Assembly (NCBI GenBank): GCA_947486835.1
Contig: CANKVC010000001.1
Coordinates: 1 to 57,330, forward strand
Source of the DNA: Cytophagaceae bacterium
GTDB lineage: Bacteria > Bacteroidota > Bacteroidia > Cytophagales > Spirosomataceae
Direction: 5' to 3'
DNA length: 57,330 nt
Shown: in pieces, positions 1-10,402 of the stretch
Numbering within the stretch: the first letter of the stretch is position 1
How the letters are laid out: each line of letters starts with the position of its first letter
The notes under the pieces: generated by a model
Database searches by the model: none
Told to the model about the DNA's origin: nothing
The model's input: the letters and a program-made list of their open reading frames with translations, nothing else
Translations under genes and position numbers: made by a program

Positions 1-1101
1 TACCAATAATATTATATTAAAGGATAAATATAAAAGAAAACCTATAAAACCAAAATTTATGAATGATTCTAAAACCGGAATATCGATGTATCTAAATCGA
101 TATCCAAAACCAAAAAGAAAATTAATAGGATTATCATTCCATAATTCTATGAAATAATTAAAATTACTCACTCTGCCCATCGCAGAATCATCTACATCCG
201 CTGTCTTCCCCCCTTTTAAACCTGTATTTACTGCCTTATATACTAAGGTTAAAAACGAGTTAAAATAATTATTTATAAGTTCTAAAAAAGAATATCGATT
301 ATTTAAAATATTTAAATAATATAATATTGACATATAAAAAGCTATAACATACCAATGAAAAACTTTAAAAAAACTTCTATAAGGTATCACAAATATTAGA
401 ACAGCCATATTAACTATAATAAGAGAAATAAATGTAACTCTGGTTTGGGTTAATACAATGACCAATAAACTAATCCATAAATTAGCGTGAGCTGCTAATC
501 GAACTATCGCACTATTTTTTAACCATAATGATAAATCATTTTTACATATCAATAAAATAGAGATAATAAACCCGGCTAAGCCATTCCTACTATACATATG
601 AGGATTTCCAGCAAAGTCACCAGTAGCACTTTTAAACTGTACTGTTGCTCTAGAACCAATTACATATGCTGGATTAGTCGAAATCGAATAGATTAAAGCT
701 AAATTAGTAATTAATGTAAAAAGGAGGATAATAATGGGTAAATAACCCTGAATATCATTTTTAGCTTTTAAAAGGAATAATAAGTAAAAAAACAAAAAAG
801 CAAAATTGATAATTTCAGTATTAAATGAACCTTTGTCCCCATTATAAAAAATAAAATAAAAAATTGCTATTAGTAAAAAAGAGATTCCAAATTGGAACAA
901 TAATATATTGGGCTTGTATCCAATTTTAACTGGGGTATTATTCATCATTAATGCGATTCCCACAAAATAACAAATACCCGTAAATATAGATCCTGAACCT
1001 AAACTAGTATACCCTTTTAAGAAATAAATAAGAGGCGGTCCTATCCATAAAAGAATAATCCCAATTGAACTTTTGAAATTAGAATATGAAAAAATATTCA
1101 A
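1..1101 (-). CDS. O-antigen ligase/polymerase (Wzy/WaaL-like) polytopic membrane protein, 3' end outside window
   Basis: Not in ORF track. Manual translation from TTG 1101 stays open to the window edge: MNIFSYSNFKSSIGIILLWIGPPLIYFLKG...VIVLTQTRVTFISL...DDSAMGRVSNF...NFLFGFGYR...IDIPVLESFINFGFIG. Many TM segments plus TxxR, SxxxR and GxG motifs typical of this family. Confidence 0.7.
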   Translation of the reverse strand, partial: MNIFSYSNFKSSIGIILLWIGPPLIYFLKGYTSLGSGSIFTGICYFVGIALMMNNTPVKIGYKPNILLFQFGISFLLIAIFYFIFYNGDKGSFNTEIINFAFLFFYLLFLLKAKNDIQGYLPIIILLFTLITNLALIYSISTNPAYVIGSRATVQFKSATGDFAGNPHMYSRNGLAGFIISILLICKNDLSLWLKNSAIVRLAAHANLWISLLVIVLTQTRVTFISLIIVNMAVLIFVIPYRSFFKVFHWYVIAFYMSILYYLNILNNRYSFLELINNYFNSFLTLVYKAVNTGLKGGKTADVDDSAMGRVSNFNYFIELWNDNPINFLFGFGYRFRYIDIPVLESFINFGFIGFLLYLSFNIILLV

Positions 1102-1127
1102 ATTTTTTATTTTAAATAAAATGGAAG

Positions 1128-1201
<74 letters not shown>

Positions 1202-1260
1202 AATAAATAAAAAGTCAATTTATTTAAATGTGTTAAACACTCCTAAATAAATTGACTAAG

Positions 1261-1334
1261 TCGGGGTGGCAGGATTCGAACCTACGACCTCTTGGTCCCA
1301 AACCAAGCGCGATACCGGGCTACGCTACACCCCG
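1261..1334 (-). tRNA. tRNA-Pro(UGG)
   Basis: CGGGGTG...CTTGG-TTTGGGA-CCAAG...GGTTCGAATCC...CACCCCG-A; C1:G72, A73, anticodon TGG. Confidence 0.96.
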
Positions 1335-1344
1335 AAAATTAGTG

Positions 1345-1431
1345 CGGAGAGAGAGGGATTCGAACCCTCGGTACCGTTGCCAGTACGACAGTTTAGCAAA
1401 CTGTTCCTTTCGGCCTCTCAGGCATCTCTCC
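1345..1431 (-). tRNA. tRNA-Ser(GCU)
   Basis: GGAGAGA...ACAGT-TTGCTAA-ACTGT, long variable arm, GGGTTCGAATCCC, TCTCTCC-G; anticodon GCT. Confidence 0.96.
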
Positions 1432-1448
1432 TAGCCTTTAAGAGAGCA

Positions 1449-1456
1449 CAAAAATA
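1449..1456 (-). promoter_or_regulatory. Bacteroidota -7 promoter box for the Ser-Pro-Arg tRNA cluster
   Basis: Minus-strand TATTTTTG matches TAnnTTTG, 17 nt upstream of the tRNA-Ser 5' end. Confidence 0.6.
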
Positions 1457-1491
1457 AGAAATTTATTTATATTTCTATAATCAAATGTCAT

Positions 1492-2988
1492 TTATTTTAC
1501 CAAATCAAAAGTTGACACAGTTTTACCTTCCAAAATCGTATTACCCATCAAAAATAAATCTATATTTCTAGCCGCTTCCCTACCTTCAGAAATACCCCAT
1601 ACTACCAACGATTGTCCTCTTCGAGCATCGCCAGCAACAAATATTTTATCTTGACTCGTTTGATAAGTTGAATCAGTTATAATATTGCCGCGTTCATCTA
1701 AAGATATCCCAAGTGAATTAATTTCTTTTACTAAACTACCATGGTCAGTATGTAAAAATCCAGCAGCAATTAAAGCTAACTCACATGGTATTTCTCTATG
1801 ATTAATAACTTTATTGACCATTTTACCATCTTGTACTTCATTTACAATATCACCAATAAGTAAACTTGTCAATTGGCCATTTTCATCTTTAATAAATTCC
1901 TCTAAAGAGATAGACCATAAACGATCTACGCCTTCGTCATGTGAAGTTGAAGTGCGCAACATATTTGGCCAATTAGGCCAAGGCGTATTATCTGGCCTTT
2001 CAGAAGAAGGCTTAGGCATTACTTCTATTTGAGTAATTGATTTTGCCTTATGCCGATTTGAAGTACCCACACAATCAGATCCCGTATCTCCACCACCAAT
2101 GACAACGACATTTTTTCCAGTGGCTAAAATATTAGCATCAATATAAGATTCTCCTTTATGGTTATGCAAAAGTGAAATATTCGCAACACGTTTATTCTGT
2201 TGAGATAAAAATTCCATTGCAGGATAAATACCAATAGCATCATTCCCTTTTGATTGAATAATACGTGGTGTAGTAGAACCTGTTGCAATCAAAATAGCAT
2301 CAAAATCAGCCTGTAATTTGGATAATTTAATTTCTGATCCAATTTGAACGTTCGTTTCAAATTTAATACCCTCCTTCTCCATCAAGTCAACTCGTCTTTT
2401 AACAATATTTTTATCCAATTTGAAATCAGGAATACCATAGCGCAATAATCCTCCAATTTGATCAGCACGCTCATAAACGGTTACACTATGACCCGCTTTA
2501 TTTAATTGACTCGCTGCAGCTAACCCAGCTGGACCCGAACCAATAATGGCCACATTTTTATCTGTACGCTTAGAAGGAACTTGAGGTTGAACCCACCCTT
2601 CGGAAAAAGCCTTTTCAATAATTGACTTTTCAATTAATTCAATGGCAACGGCTGGCTTATTAATTCCTAATACGCATGATGATTCACAAGGCGCAGGACA
2701 AATTCTTCCGGTAAACTCAGGAAAATTATTTGTACTAACTAAAATCTCATATGCATATCTCCAATTTTCTTCATAAACAGCATCATTAAATTCAGGAATA
2801 ATATTTCCTAAAGGACAACCATTATGACAAAATGGTGTTCCGCAATCCATGCACCTACTAGCTTGTTCTTTTGTTTCTAAAGGCGTCGGAATTATTTCAA
2901 TTTCTAAATAATCATTAACTCGCTCAGCAATTGGCCTTTTGGTAGCAACTTTTCTATCAACTTCTAAAAATCCTGTTGGCTTGCCCAT
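1492..2988 (-). CDS. gltD: Glutamate synthase small (beta) subunit
   Basis: MGKPTGF start, RCMDCGTPFCHNGCP and GRICPAPCESSC Fe-S motifs, GSGPAG and GGGDTGSDC nucleotide-binding motifs, GQSLVVW; 5 nt downstream of gltB. Confidence 0.97.
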   Translation of the reverse strand: MGKPTGFLEVDRKVATKRPIAERVNDYLEIEIIPTPLETKEQASRCMDCGTPFCHNGCPLGNIIPEFNDAVYEENWRYAYEILVSTNNFPEFTGRICPAPCESSCVLGINKPAVAIELIEKSIIEKAFSEGWVQPQVPSKRTDKNVAIIGSGPAGLAAASQLNKAGHSVTVYERADQIGGLLRYGIPDFKLDKNIVKRRVDLMEKEGIKFETNVQIGSEIKLSKLQADFDAILIATGSTTPRIIQSKGNDAIGIYPAMEFLSQQNKRVANISLLHNHKGESYIDANILATGKNVVVIGGGDTGSDCVGTSNRHKAKSITQIEVMPKPSSERPDNTPWPNWPNMLRTSTSHDEGVDRLWSISLEEFIKDENGQLTSLLIGDIVNEVQDGKMVNKVINHREIPCELALIAAGFLHTDHGSLVKEINSLGISLDERGNIITDSTYQTSQDKIFVAGDARRGQSLVVWGISEGREAARNIDLFLMGNTILEGKTVSTFDLVK

Positions 2989-2993
2989 TTCCT

Positions 2994-5900
2994 CTATTTT
3001 TTTAATTCAATTTGAATATCTGTGTATACTTTATTTTTATCATTCATCACATCCGTAATACTTAATTTTCTTACAGCTAATGCATTACGATAATCCGTTG
3101 GCAAAACTTTTTTAAACTGATTCGAAACAGAATCAAAATTATCCAATACCGATTTACCTTTAACCGAATGAGTAAAATCAATATGTTTTTGTAAAAACAT
3201 TTTAATGATAACTTTATCTTCTTGGCTTAAATCTGTTATTTCAACCATTTCACGATTAACCTTAGACTCAAAATCATTTTTTTCATCTAGAACATATGCC
3301 ACACCTCCGGACATACCTGCCCCAAAATTTCGACCAGTTTTTCCCAATATTATAACAATTCCACCTGTCATATATTCGCAACCATGATCACCAATACCTT
3401 CAACCACAATTTTTGCCCCTGAATTCCTTACACAAAAACGCTCTCCTGCCATTCCAGCTAAATATGCCTCACCAGATGTAGCTCCATAAAATGAAACATT
3501 TCCTACAATAGAATTTTCTGATGCTACAAATGTTGAATTCCTGAAAGGATAGGCTATGATCGTCGATCCACACATTCCTTTTCCAATGTAATCATTTGAA
3601 TCACCTTCGATTTCTAATTTCAAACCTTTAACAGAAAATGCTCCAAAAGACTGACCAGCCGTTCCACTAAATTTGAAGTGAATTAAATCTGATTTCAATC
3701 CCTTTTCACCATATTTTTTAGTTATTTCATTAGAAATAATAGTACCGACGGTTCGATTAACATTTATAATAGGTAATTCAGCATACGTTTCTTTTTGATT
3801 AAGCAACGAATCTTTTGCTAAGTCTAACAATTTCCAATCTAATTGATCAGCCATTCCATGATCCTGCTCTTCAGATTTATAAACAGGTACAGATGAATCC
3901 TGATTACTGTAAGATAAAATAGGTGAAAGATCCAAGTTTTTATACTTCCAATGTGATGATACATCTCGCATCTCTAAAAGATCTACACGACCCACCATAT
4001 CATTAATCTTCCTGAAACCTAATTCAGCCATTATTTCCCTCAATTCCTCTGCTAAAAAGTAAAACAAATGCACAACATGATCTGGATTACCTGTATATAA
4101 TGCTCTTAAATCAGGATTTTGAGTAGCAACGCCAACAGGACAAGTATTTAAATGACATTTTCTCATCATAATTCATCCTGCTGTAACTAAAGCAGCGGTA
4201 GCCACCCCAAATTCTTCGGCACCTAATAAAGCGGCAATTGCTATATCTCGACCGGTTTTGATTTGACCATCCGTTTGTATTGTTACTCTACCTCGTAATT
4301 TATTTTTAACTAAAGTTTGATGCGTCTCTGCTAAACCTAATTCCCAAGGTAAGCCCGCATGGCGAATGGAAGATAAAGGCGATGCACCCGTTCCTCCATC
4401 ATAACCTGCAATTAATATATGATCTGCATGTGCTTTTGCCACGCCAGCTGCTATTGTGCCTACTCCTGCCTCAGAGACTAGTTTTACCGAAATACGAGCT
4501 TCTCTATTTGCATTTTTTAAATCAAAAATCAATTGAGCTAAATCTTCAATCGAATAAATATCATGATGTGGTGGCGGAGAAATTAAACCAACACCGGGAG
4601 TTGAATGCCTAGTTTTACCTATCCAATCATCCACCTTATGACCAGGTAATTGTCCACCTTCACCAGGCTTTGCACCTTGAGCCATTTTTATTTGTAACTC
4701 AGTAGCATTAGTCAAATAATTCATAGTTACACCAAACCTACCCGATGCTACTTGTTTAATACTAGAATTCATCGAATCTCCATTGGCCATTTTCTGAAAC
4801 CTTATTGGATCTTCTCCCCCCTCCCCTGTATTTGACTTGCCACCAATACGATTCATGGCAATAGCCAAGGTAGTATGAGCTTCATAAGAAATTGATCCAA
4901 AAGACATTGCACCCGTGGCGAAACGCTTTAAAATACCTTCTATGGGTTCCACTTCATCTATTGAAATTGACTTCGAACTTTTAAATTTCAATAAACCTCT
5001 TAATGTAATTGCTTTATTCGCTTGATCATCAATTAATTTAGCGTATTTTTTGTATACTGAATAGTCGTTTAATTTAGTTGCTTGTTGCAATAAATGAATC
5101 GTTTGAGGATTAAACAAATGCTCCTCTCCTCTTTGTTTCCATTGATAAATTCCGCCAACTTCCAATTTAGGATTAGTTGATTTTAATACCTCATACCCAG
5201 ATTCATGCTTAATTAAAGCTTCTTTAGCTAATGTATCTAAGTCTACTCCTTCAATACGCGAAATAGAACCGGTAAAATACATATTAACTACGGTATGGTC
5301 TAAACCTAAAATCTCGAAAATTTGCGCTCCTTGATAAGACTGTAAAGTAGATATACCCATCTTAGAAAAAATCTTGAGTAACTCACCATTGACAGCTTTT
5401 ATATAATTGTATTCTAATTTTTCATATGACAAATTAGGATCTACTAATTTGTTCTCCTTCATCAACTTTATTGTCTCAAAAGCCATGTAAGGATTTATCG
5501 CAGAAGCTCCATAACCTATTAAAGTAGCAAAATGATGCGTTTCCCATACATCACCAGCTTCCAATATAATACCTACTTTTGCCCGTTTTTTAACACGAAT
5601 CAAATGATTATGGACTGCACCCAAGGCTAATAAAGAAGGAATAGGTGCATGGGATGAATCAATGCCGCGATCAGTCAGTAAAATAATCGAATAACCATCA
5701 TCTACAGCATCTTCCGCATAATTACAGATCCTGTCTAACGCTTTTTTTAGAACACCCGATTCATCAGAAGCACGGAAAGTCATGTGAATTGACTTGGTCT
5801 GAAATTTTTCATGATCAATCCAGCGAATTTTTTCTACCTCTTTATTTCGCAAAACTGGTTGCTGTATTTCTATTTGCTTACAATGACTTGGACTTTCTTC

Positions 5901-7568
5901 CAACAAATTAGATAAACCTCCAATGTCGGTTAATAATGACATAACCATTCTTTCACGAATAGGGTCAATCGGAGGATTGGTAACTTGGGCAAAAAGTTGC
6001 TTAAAATAGCTAGAAATATGTTGCGCTTTATCTGACAAAACAGCTAAAGGTGTGTCTATTCCCATAGATCCTAATGCTTCCTTACCAGTTTCAGCCATTT
6101 GAGTTAATACAATTCGAATATCCTCCGTTGTAAAACCAAAAATCTGCTGCCTTGAAATTACTTCATTGGATTTAGGCTGCCTATATTCGCTTCCAGCTTC
6201 AGGCAGATCTTCTACCCGAATTTTATTTTCACGCAACCATTGGCCATAAGGCTGCTGTTGGCAAATAACTTCTTTAAGTTCTTCATCAGGAACAATACGT
6301 CCCTGCTCCATATCTACCACAAACATTTTACCAGGTTGCAAACGTCCCTTTGAAACTATGGTAGCTGGATCCAAATCTAATACTCCAGCTTCAGATGCCA
6401 TAATCACATGATCGTCATTGGTAACCCAAAATCTTGATGGTCGTAAACCATTCCGATCCAAAGTAGCCCCTATTAGCTTTCCATCAGTAAATGAAATACT
6501 TGCAGGACCATCCCAAGGCTCCATCATAGCGGCATGATATTCATAAAAATCTTTCTTATAAGATTCCATGGATTCATTGCCATCCCAAGCTTCAGGAATA
6601 AGCATCATCATTACATGAGGCAAAGACCTACCACTCAGATATAACATTTCTATCGCGTTATCTAAAATAGCTGAATCAGATTGCCCTAAACTACAAATAG
6701 GCAAAATCATATCTAATTCTTCCTGCGAAAAATATTGACTAGAAAACAACGCTGATTGTGCTTGCATCCAAGATGAATTACCTTTTACCGTATTAATTTC
6801 ACCATTGTGCGCAATAAAACGAAAAGGCTGAGCCAACTTCCATTCCGGAAAAGTATTTGTCGAAAACCGAGAGTGTACAATGGCTAGGGCCGAAGTGAAA
6901 TTATCTTGAAATAAGTCGATGAAATATCCAGGAACCTGCATGGTGGTCAACATACCTTTGTAGATAATTGTTCTACAAGACATGGAAGCAAAATAAAATT
7001 TGTTTTCTAAACCGCGAATAGTTTCATTCAATAAATTAGAAACATACTGCCTAAACACATAAAGCTTACGCTCAAATTCTATTTCAGTTTTACAAGAAAC
7101 GGGTTTTTCAATAAATATTTGGTATATATTGGGTTCGGAATCACCTGAATCGGCTCCTAAAATTTCTGTATTGTTTACCGGCACTAACCTATAACCCAAA
7201 ATCGACAATCCTAACTTTTTTGCTTTACGATCTATTACTTCTTTACATTCATTAATTAAAACATCATTTTTCGGAAAAAAGGCCATCCCAACACCGTAAT
7301 TTCCAATTGATGGCAATGAAAACTTTAATTTACGAGATTCTTCTAAAAAAAATTCATGAGGTATTTGAACAAGTACACCTGCACCATCTCCAGAGTTAGG
7401 GTCACATCCGCAAGCTCCACGATGATCCATTCTGATCAACATTTTGATTGCATCCTGGACAATTCTGTGAGATTTTATTCCTTTTAAACTAGCAACAAAA
7501 CCAATACCACAAGCATCATGCTCAAACTCTTTCCGATACAATCCTTCGCTAGACACCTTAATCTCCAT
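2994..7568 (-). CDS. gltB: Glutamate synthase large (alpha) subunit with one in-frame TGA at 4173-4175 (1524 codons if read through)
   Basis: ORFs 4173-7568 and 2994-4169 share a frame, separated only by TGA-ATT. Contains HDACG GATase nucleophile, [26 protein letters not shown] and the C-terminal GXGXG beta-helix. Junction reads [20 protein letters not shown]. Confidence 0.93.
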
Positions 7569-7662
7569 AATAAAATATAATTATTCCTATAAATAAAAAA
7601 AATAAACCTATATCTAAAAAATAGGTATCAATCGAAAATTAAAATATTAATTAGTAGTATTT

Positions 7663-7670
7663 CAAATTTA
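7663..7670 (-). promoter_or_regulatory. Candidate -7 promoter box of gltBD
   Basis: Minus-strand TAAATTTG with a TTG about 18 nt upstream, in the 7569-7770 intergenic region. Confidence 0.45.
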
Positions 7671-7770
7671 ATCAAAAATTAATTTGGCCAATATTAATAA
7701 AGACAAAATATTATTCGGTCAATCAAATATCAAAAATGAAGAATAAATAATCTTCTAAGAATCCAATTTA

Positions 7771-8208
7771 TTAATAATCGTCTGATTCATTTTCTGAAAA
7801 ACCGCCATCAAATTCTTGCTCTTCATCATCCGAATCTTGAAAATCATTTTCTAAATCATTTAAATAAATAGCATCCACAGCTTCTTTGACCGTATTTAAT
7901 AAGGTAAAATCTTCAATTTTAGCTAAATCTAAACGATCTTGAATTTCTTCATTTTTCGTTACGACAGCAAATATCCCCATTTCATTCGTACAAATTTTTG
8001 TACCCTTCCTAATACAACTAACTCCAAAACCGTCAATTTCAGTTACAGAGTCAATATTTAAAATCATATTAGCAAATTCCTTTTTAAACAAATTACGAAT
8101 AACTAACTCCAATTCTTCCGTATTTGTTTGGGTCAAGTTAGTTTCATTCCAAGTAATGATTGCATAACTTTCATTTTGTTCTAAACTATAAAATGGATTA
8201 CTGGGCAT
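7771..8208 (-). CDS. STAS-domain (anti-sigma-factor antagonist-like) protein with acidic tail
   Basis: MILNIDSVTEIDGFGVSCI resembles the STAS DLSxVxxIDSSG motif; TVKEAVDAI end; D/E-rich tail. Confidence 0.7.
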   Translation of the reverse strand: MPSNPFYSLEQNESYAIITWNETNLTQTNTEELELVIRNLFKKEFANMILNIDSVTEIDGFGVSCIRKGTKICTNEMGIFAVVTKNEEIQDRLDLAKIEDFTLLNTVKEAVDAIYLNDLENDFQDSDDEEQEFDGGFSENESDDY

Positions 8209-9130
8209 GGCTAAAAAATAAATTTACGTTATTAAATATTCGATTATGTATATCTTTTTGATCTTCTTTTTGAAATGCTAATCCAGTGATTTCTGTAAAT
8301 AAAAGGATATATCGTTCTGAAATTTCTTGGACAAATTCATCCGTTAATACAGGTATTTGTTGGCCTTCCTTGCCTTGAAAATTATTTTTAATCAACCATT
8401 CTCTGACAAATTCTTTAGATAATTGCTTTTGTGGTAACCCTTTAGAAAATAGATCCTCATAAGGTTCTAAATAAAAATAGCGAGACGAATCCGGAGTATG
8501 AATTTCATCCATCAGCATAATACTATTTTTATATAAGCCAAATTCATATTTAGTATCCACCAATATCAATTTTTTATCCAAAGCCATTTCTTGGCCTCTT
8601 TTAAAAAGCAAATGAGTTTTTTCAACTAATTGATCCAAGAGTTCTTGGGATACAATATTTTGCTTGACAATTTCATCTAAAGAAATATCTTGATCATGTC
8701 CTTCATGCGCTTTTGTTGTTGGCGTAATGATCGGTGAAGGTAACACCTGATTTTCAACTAGTCCATCAGGCAATTTAACACCACAAACTATTCTTTTCCC
8801 TGATGAATATTCCCGCCAAAGATGACCAACCATATAATTCCTGATGACCATTTCAATTGGGATGGGCTCACACTTAATACCATATGATGCATTAGCATCT
8901 GGAGTTGAAATCAACCAATTAGGAACGATATCTCGGGTAGCATTTAAAAAATGAAAGGCAATTTGATTTAATACTTGGCCTTTAAATGGAATTAATCTAG
9001 GTAATACCACATCAAATGCCGAAATACGATCTGATGTAATCATCAACAAATGATCACCAAAGCCATATACATCACGGACCTTACCACGATAAAAAGAAGT
9101 TTGATTAACAAATTTGTACTCTTTTGACAT
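8198..9130 (-). CDS. purC: SAICAR synthetase
   Basis: YRGKVRDVY, DRISAFD, DTKYEFG, DEIHTPDSSR. Confidence 0.97.
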   Translation of the reverse strand: MSKEYKFVNQTSFYRGKVRDVYGFGDHLLMITSDRISAFDVVLPRLIPFKGQVLNQIAFHFLNATRDIVPNWLISTPDANASYGIKCEPIPIEMVIRNYMVGHLWREYSSGKRIVCGVKLPDGLVENQVLPSPIITPTTKAHEGHDQDISLDEIVKQNIVSQELLDQLVEKTHLLFKRGQEMALDKKLILVDTKYEFGLYKNSIMLMDEIHTPDSSRYFYLEPYEDLFSKGLPQKQLSKEFVREWLIKNNFQGKEGQQIPVLTDEFVQEISERYILLFTEITGLAFQKEDQKDIHNRIFNNVNLFFSHAQ

Positions 9131-9141
9131 GTATTTATTAA

Positions 9142-9663
9142 TTAATAAGATAGAAACTTTTCATTTTTACGCAATAAATCTAACATCCACTTTGAATCTC
9201 TAGTTGTCAATATTTTATTGACAACCGCACTTTTATCATAAACAACTTCCGAATTTTTTAATTTATTTACGGATATAAAAGAAAACAATTCATATAATTT
9301 AGTTAATGTGTCTTTTTCAGGATACAATTTTAAACCTTCTCTCAGTATTAATTTAGAACTTTCTTGTTGATTTATTTGACTTAAAATAAAACTTTTCAAT
9401 ATATAATCGTCAGATGATTTCAAATTGGAATTCATAAAAGAAGTCGGTCGTTTAATTGACAAGAATACCTTCGTTTTATAAATACTTTCATTTCTAAAAA
9501 TCTGTTTTTTTTCAATCAAATTAAGTAAGTTAAAAGCTTTATTGTAATCTTTCGATAAAATAGAAAGATTGACTTTATTCACTTCACTATTAAAACTATA
9601 TCCTAGGCCAGAATATAAATTTTGGTAAAATAATATCGAAATGTAAAAAAATGTCGAAAACAA
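9142..9663 (-). CDS. Hypothetical helical/TPR-like protein (possibly eroded BatC-like)
   Basis: 173-aa ORF tightly packed in operon; hydrophobic N-terminus; TPR-like LILREGLKLYPEKD. Confidence 0.55.
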   Translation of the reverse strand: MFSTFFYISILFYQNLYSGLGYSFNSEVNKVNLSILSKDYNKAFNLLNLIEKKQIFRNESIYKTKVFLSIKRPTSFMNSNLKSSDDYILKSFILSQINQQESSKLILREGLKLYPEKDTLTKLYELFSFISVNKLKNSEVVYDKSAVVNKILTTRDSKWMLDLLRKNEKFLSY

Positions 9664-9669
9664 TATAAT

Positions 9670-10338
9670 TTATTTTAAAACTTGAAACTTAAAAGAAGTA
9701 TCTACAACGATTAAAATGAATAACAAAAATAATAAATATATGCTTAATTGATTAATTGAGAACCAATTTTCTCCTATCGACAAAAAAGTATTTTTGTTAA
9801 TTATTAAATCCAATAATTCATTTTGACTCTTAACAAAAACTGTTTCTCCTTTTAGCTTTATCGATGAAAGGTTAGTAGGTACAAATTTAACATGGTAAAT
9901 AGGTCGCACTTTTCTAAAATCAACATGATTGATAAAATTAAGAAACACTTTATTATTCGCTTGAGGAATTAATACGCCTAAAGAGTCTGAAAGAGGATTA
10001 AAAACAGCTAATGAATACAGTACATCAGGCTCACGCTTCTGCATAAAATTAATTACCGCATTGATTTGATTTTCATTAATACCATTTATTTCAAAATCAT
10101 TTGAAACCACAACGATCTCTTTTGCATTATTAGTAGGCCTAATCATAGGATCAATGCCTAAGTTATATATTAAATATAACAGGATGTTGAAGATTAATAG
10201 ACGCAATAGAAATTTAAAAAATAGTAAACCAGATAAAATAAAAAGTTTTGAGGATATTAGGTAATACTTGATTACTATAAAAGCTTGAAAACTAATAAAT
10301 AAAAAATTACCCAGAAATAAGAACTTTAAGAAAATCAT
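9670..10338 (-). CDS. Hypothetical membrane protein (possibly eroded vWA/BatB-like)
   Basis: 222 aa; two N-terminal TMs, a soluble alpha/beta segment and a C-terminal TM; no DxSxS MIDAS motif. Confidence 0.55.
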   Translation of the reverse strand: MIFLKFLFLGNFLFISFQAFIVIKYYLISSKLFILSGLLFFKFLLRLLIFNILLYLIYNLGIDPMIRPTNNAKEIVVVSNDFEINGINENQINAVINFMQKREPDVLYSLAVFNPLSDSLGVLIPQANNKVFLNFINHVDFRKVRPIYHVKFVPTNLSSIKLKGETVFVKSQNELLDLIINKNTFLSIGENWFSINQLSIYLLFLLFILIVVDTSFKFQVLK

Positions 10339-10402
10339 TCAATTAGCCTTTAAACAAATTAAAACATAATTAGTACTTTTACTTGAGTTTATAAATTTAA
10401 GC

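Noticed and set aside
1252-1457. Plus-strand 60- and 63-aa ORFs
   Set aside because: They are antisense shadows of tRNA-Pro and tRNA-Ser.
4173-4175. Genome-wide UGA reassignment (genetic code 4 or 25)
   Set aside because: UGA ends full-length genes at 11615-17, 17660-62 and 30497-99, and no other identified gene in the window is interrupted.
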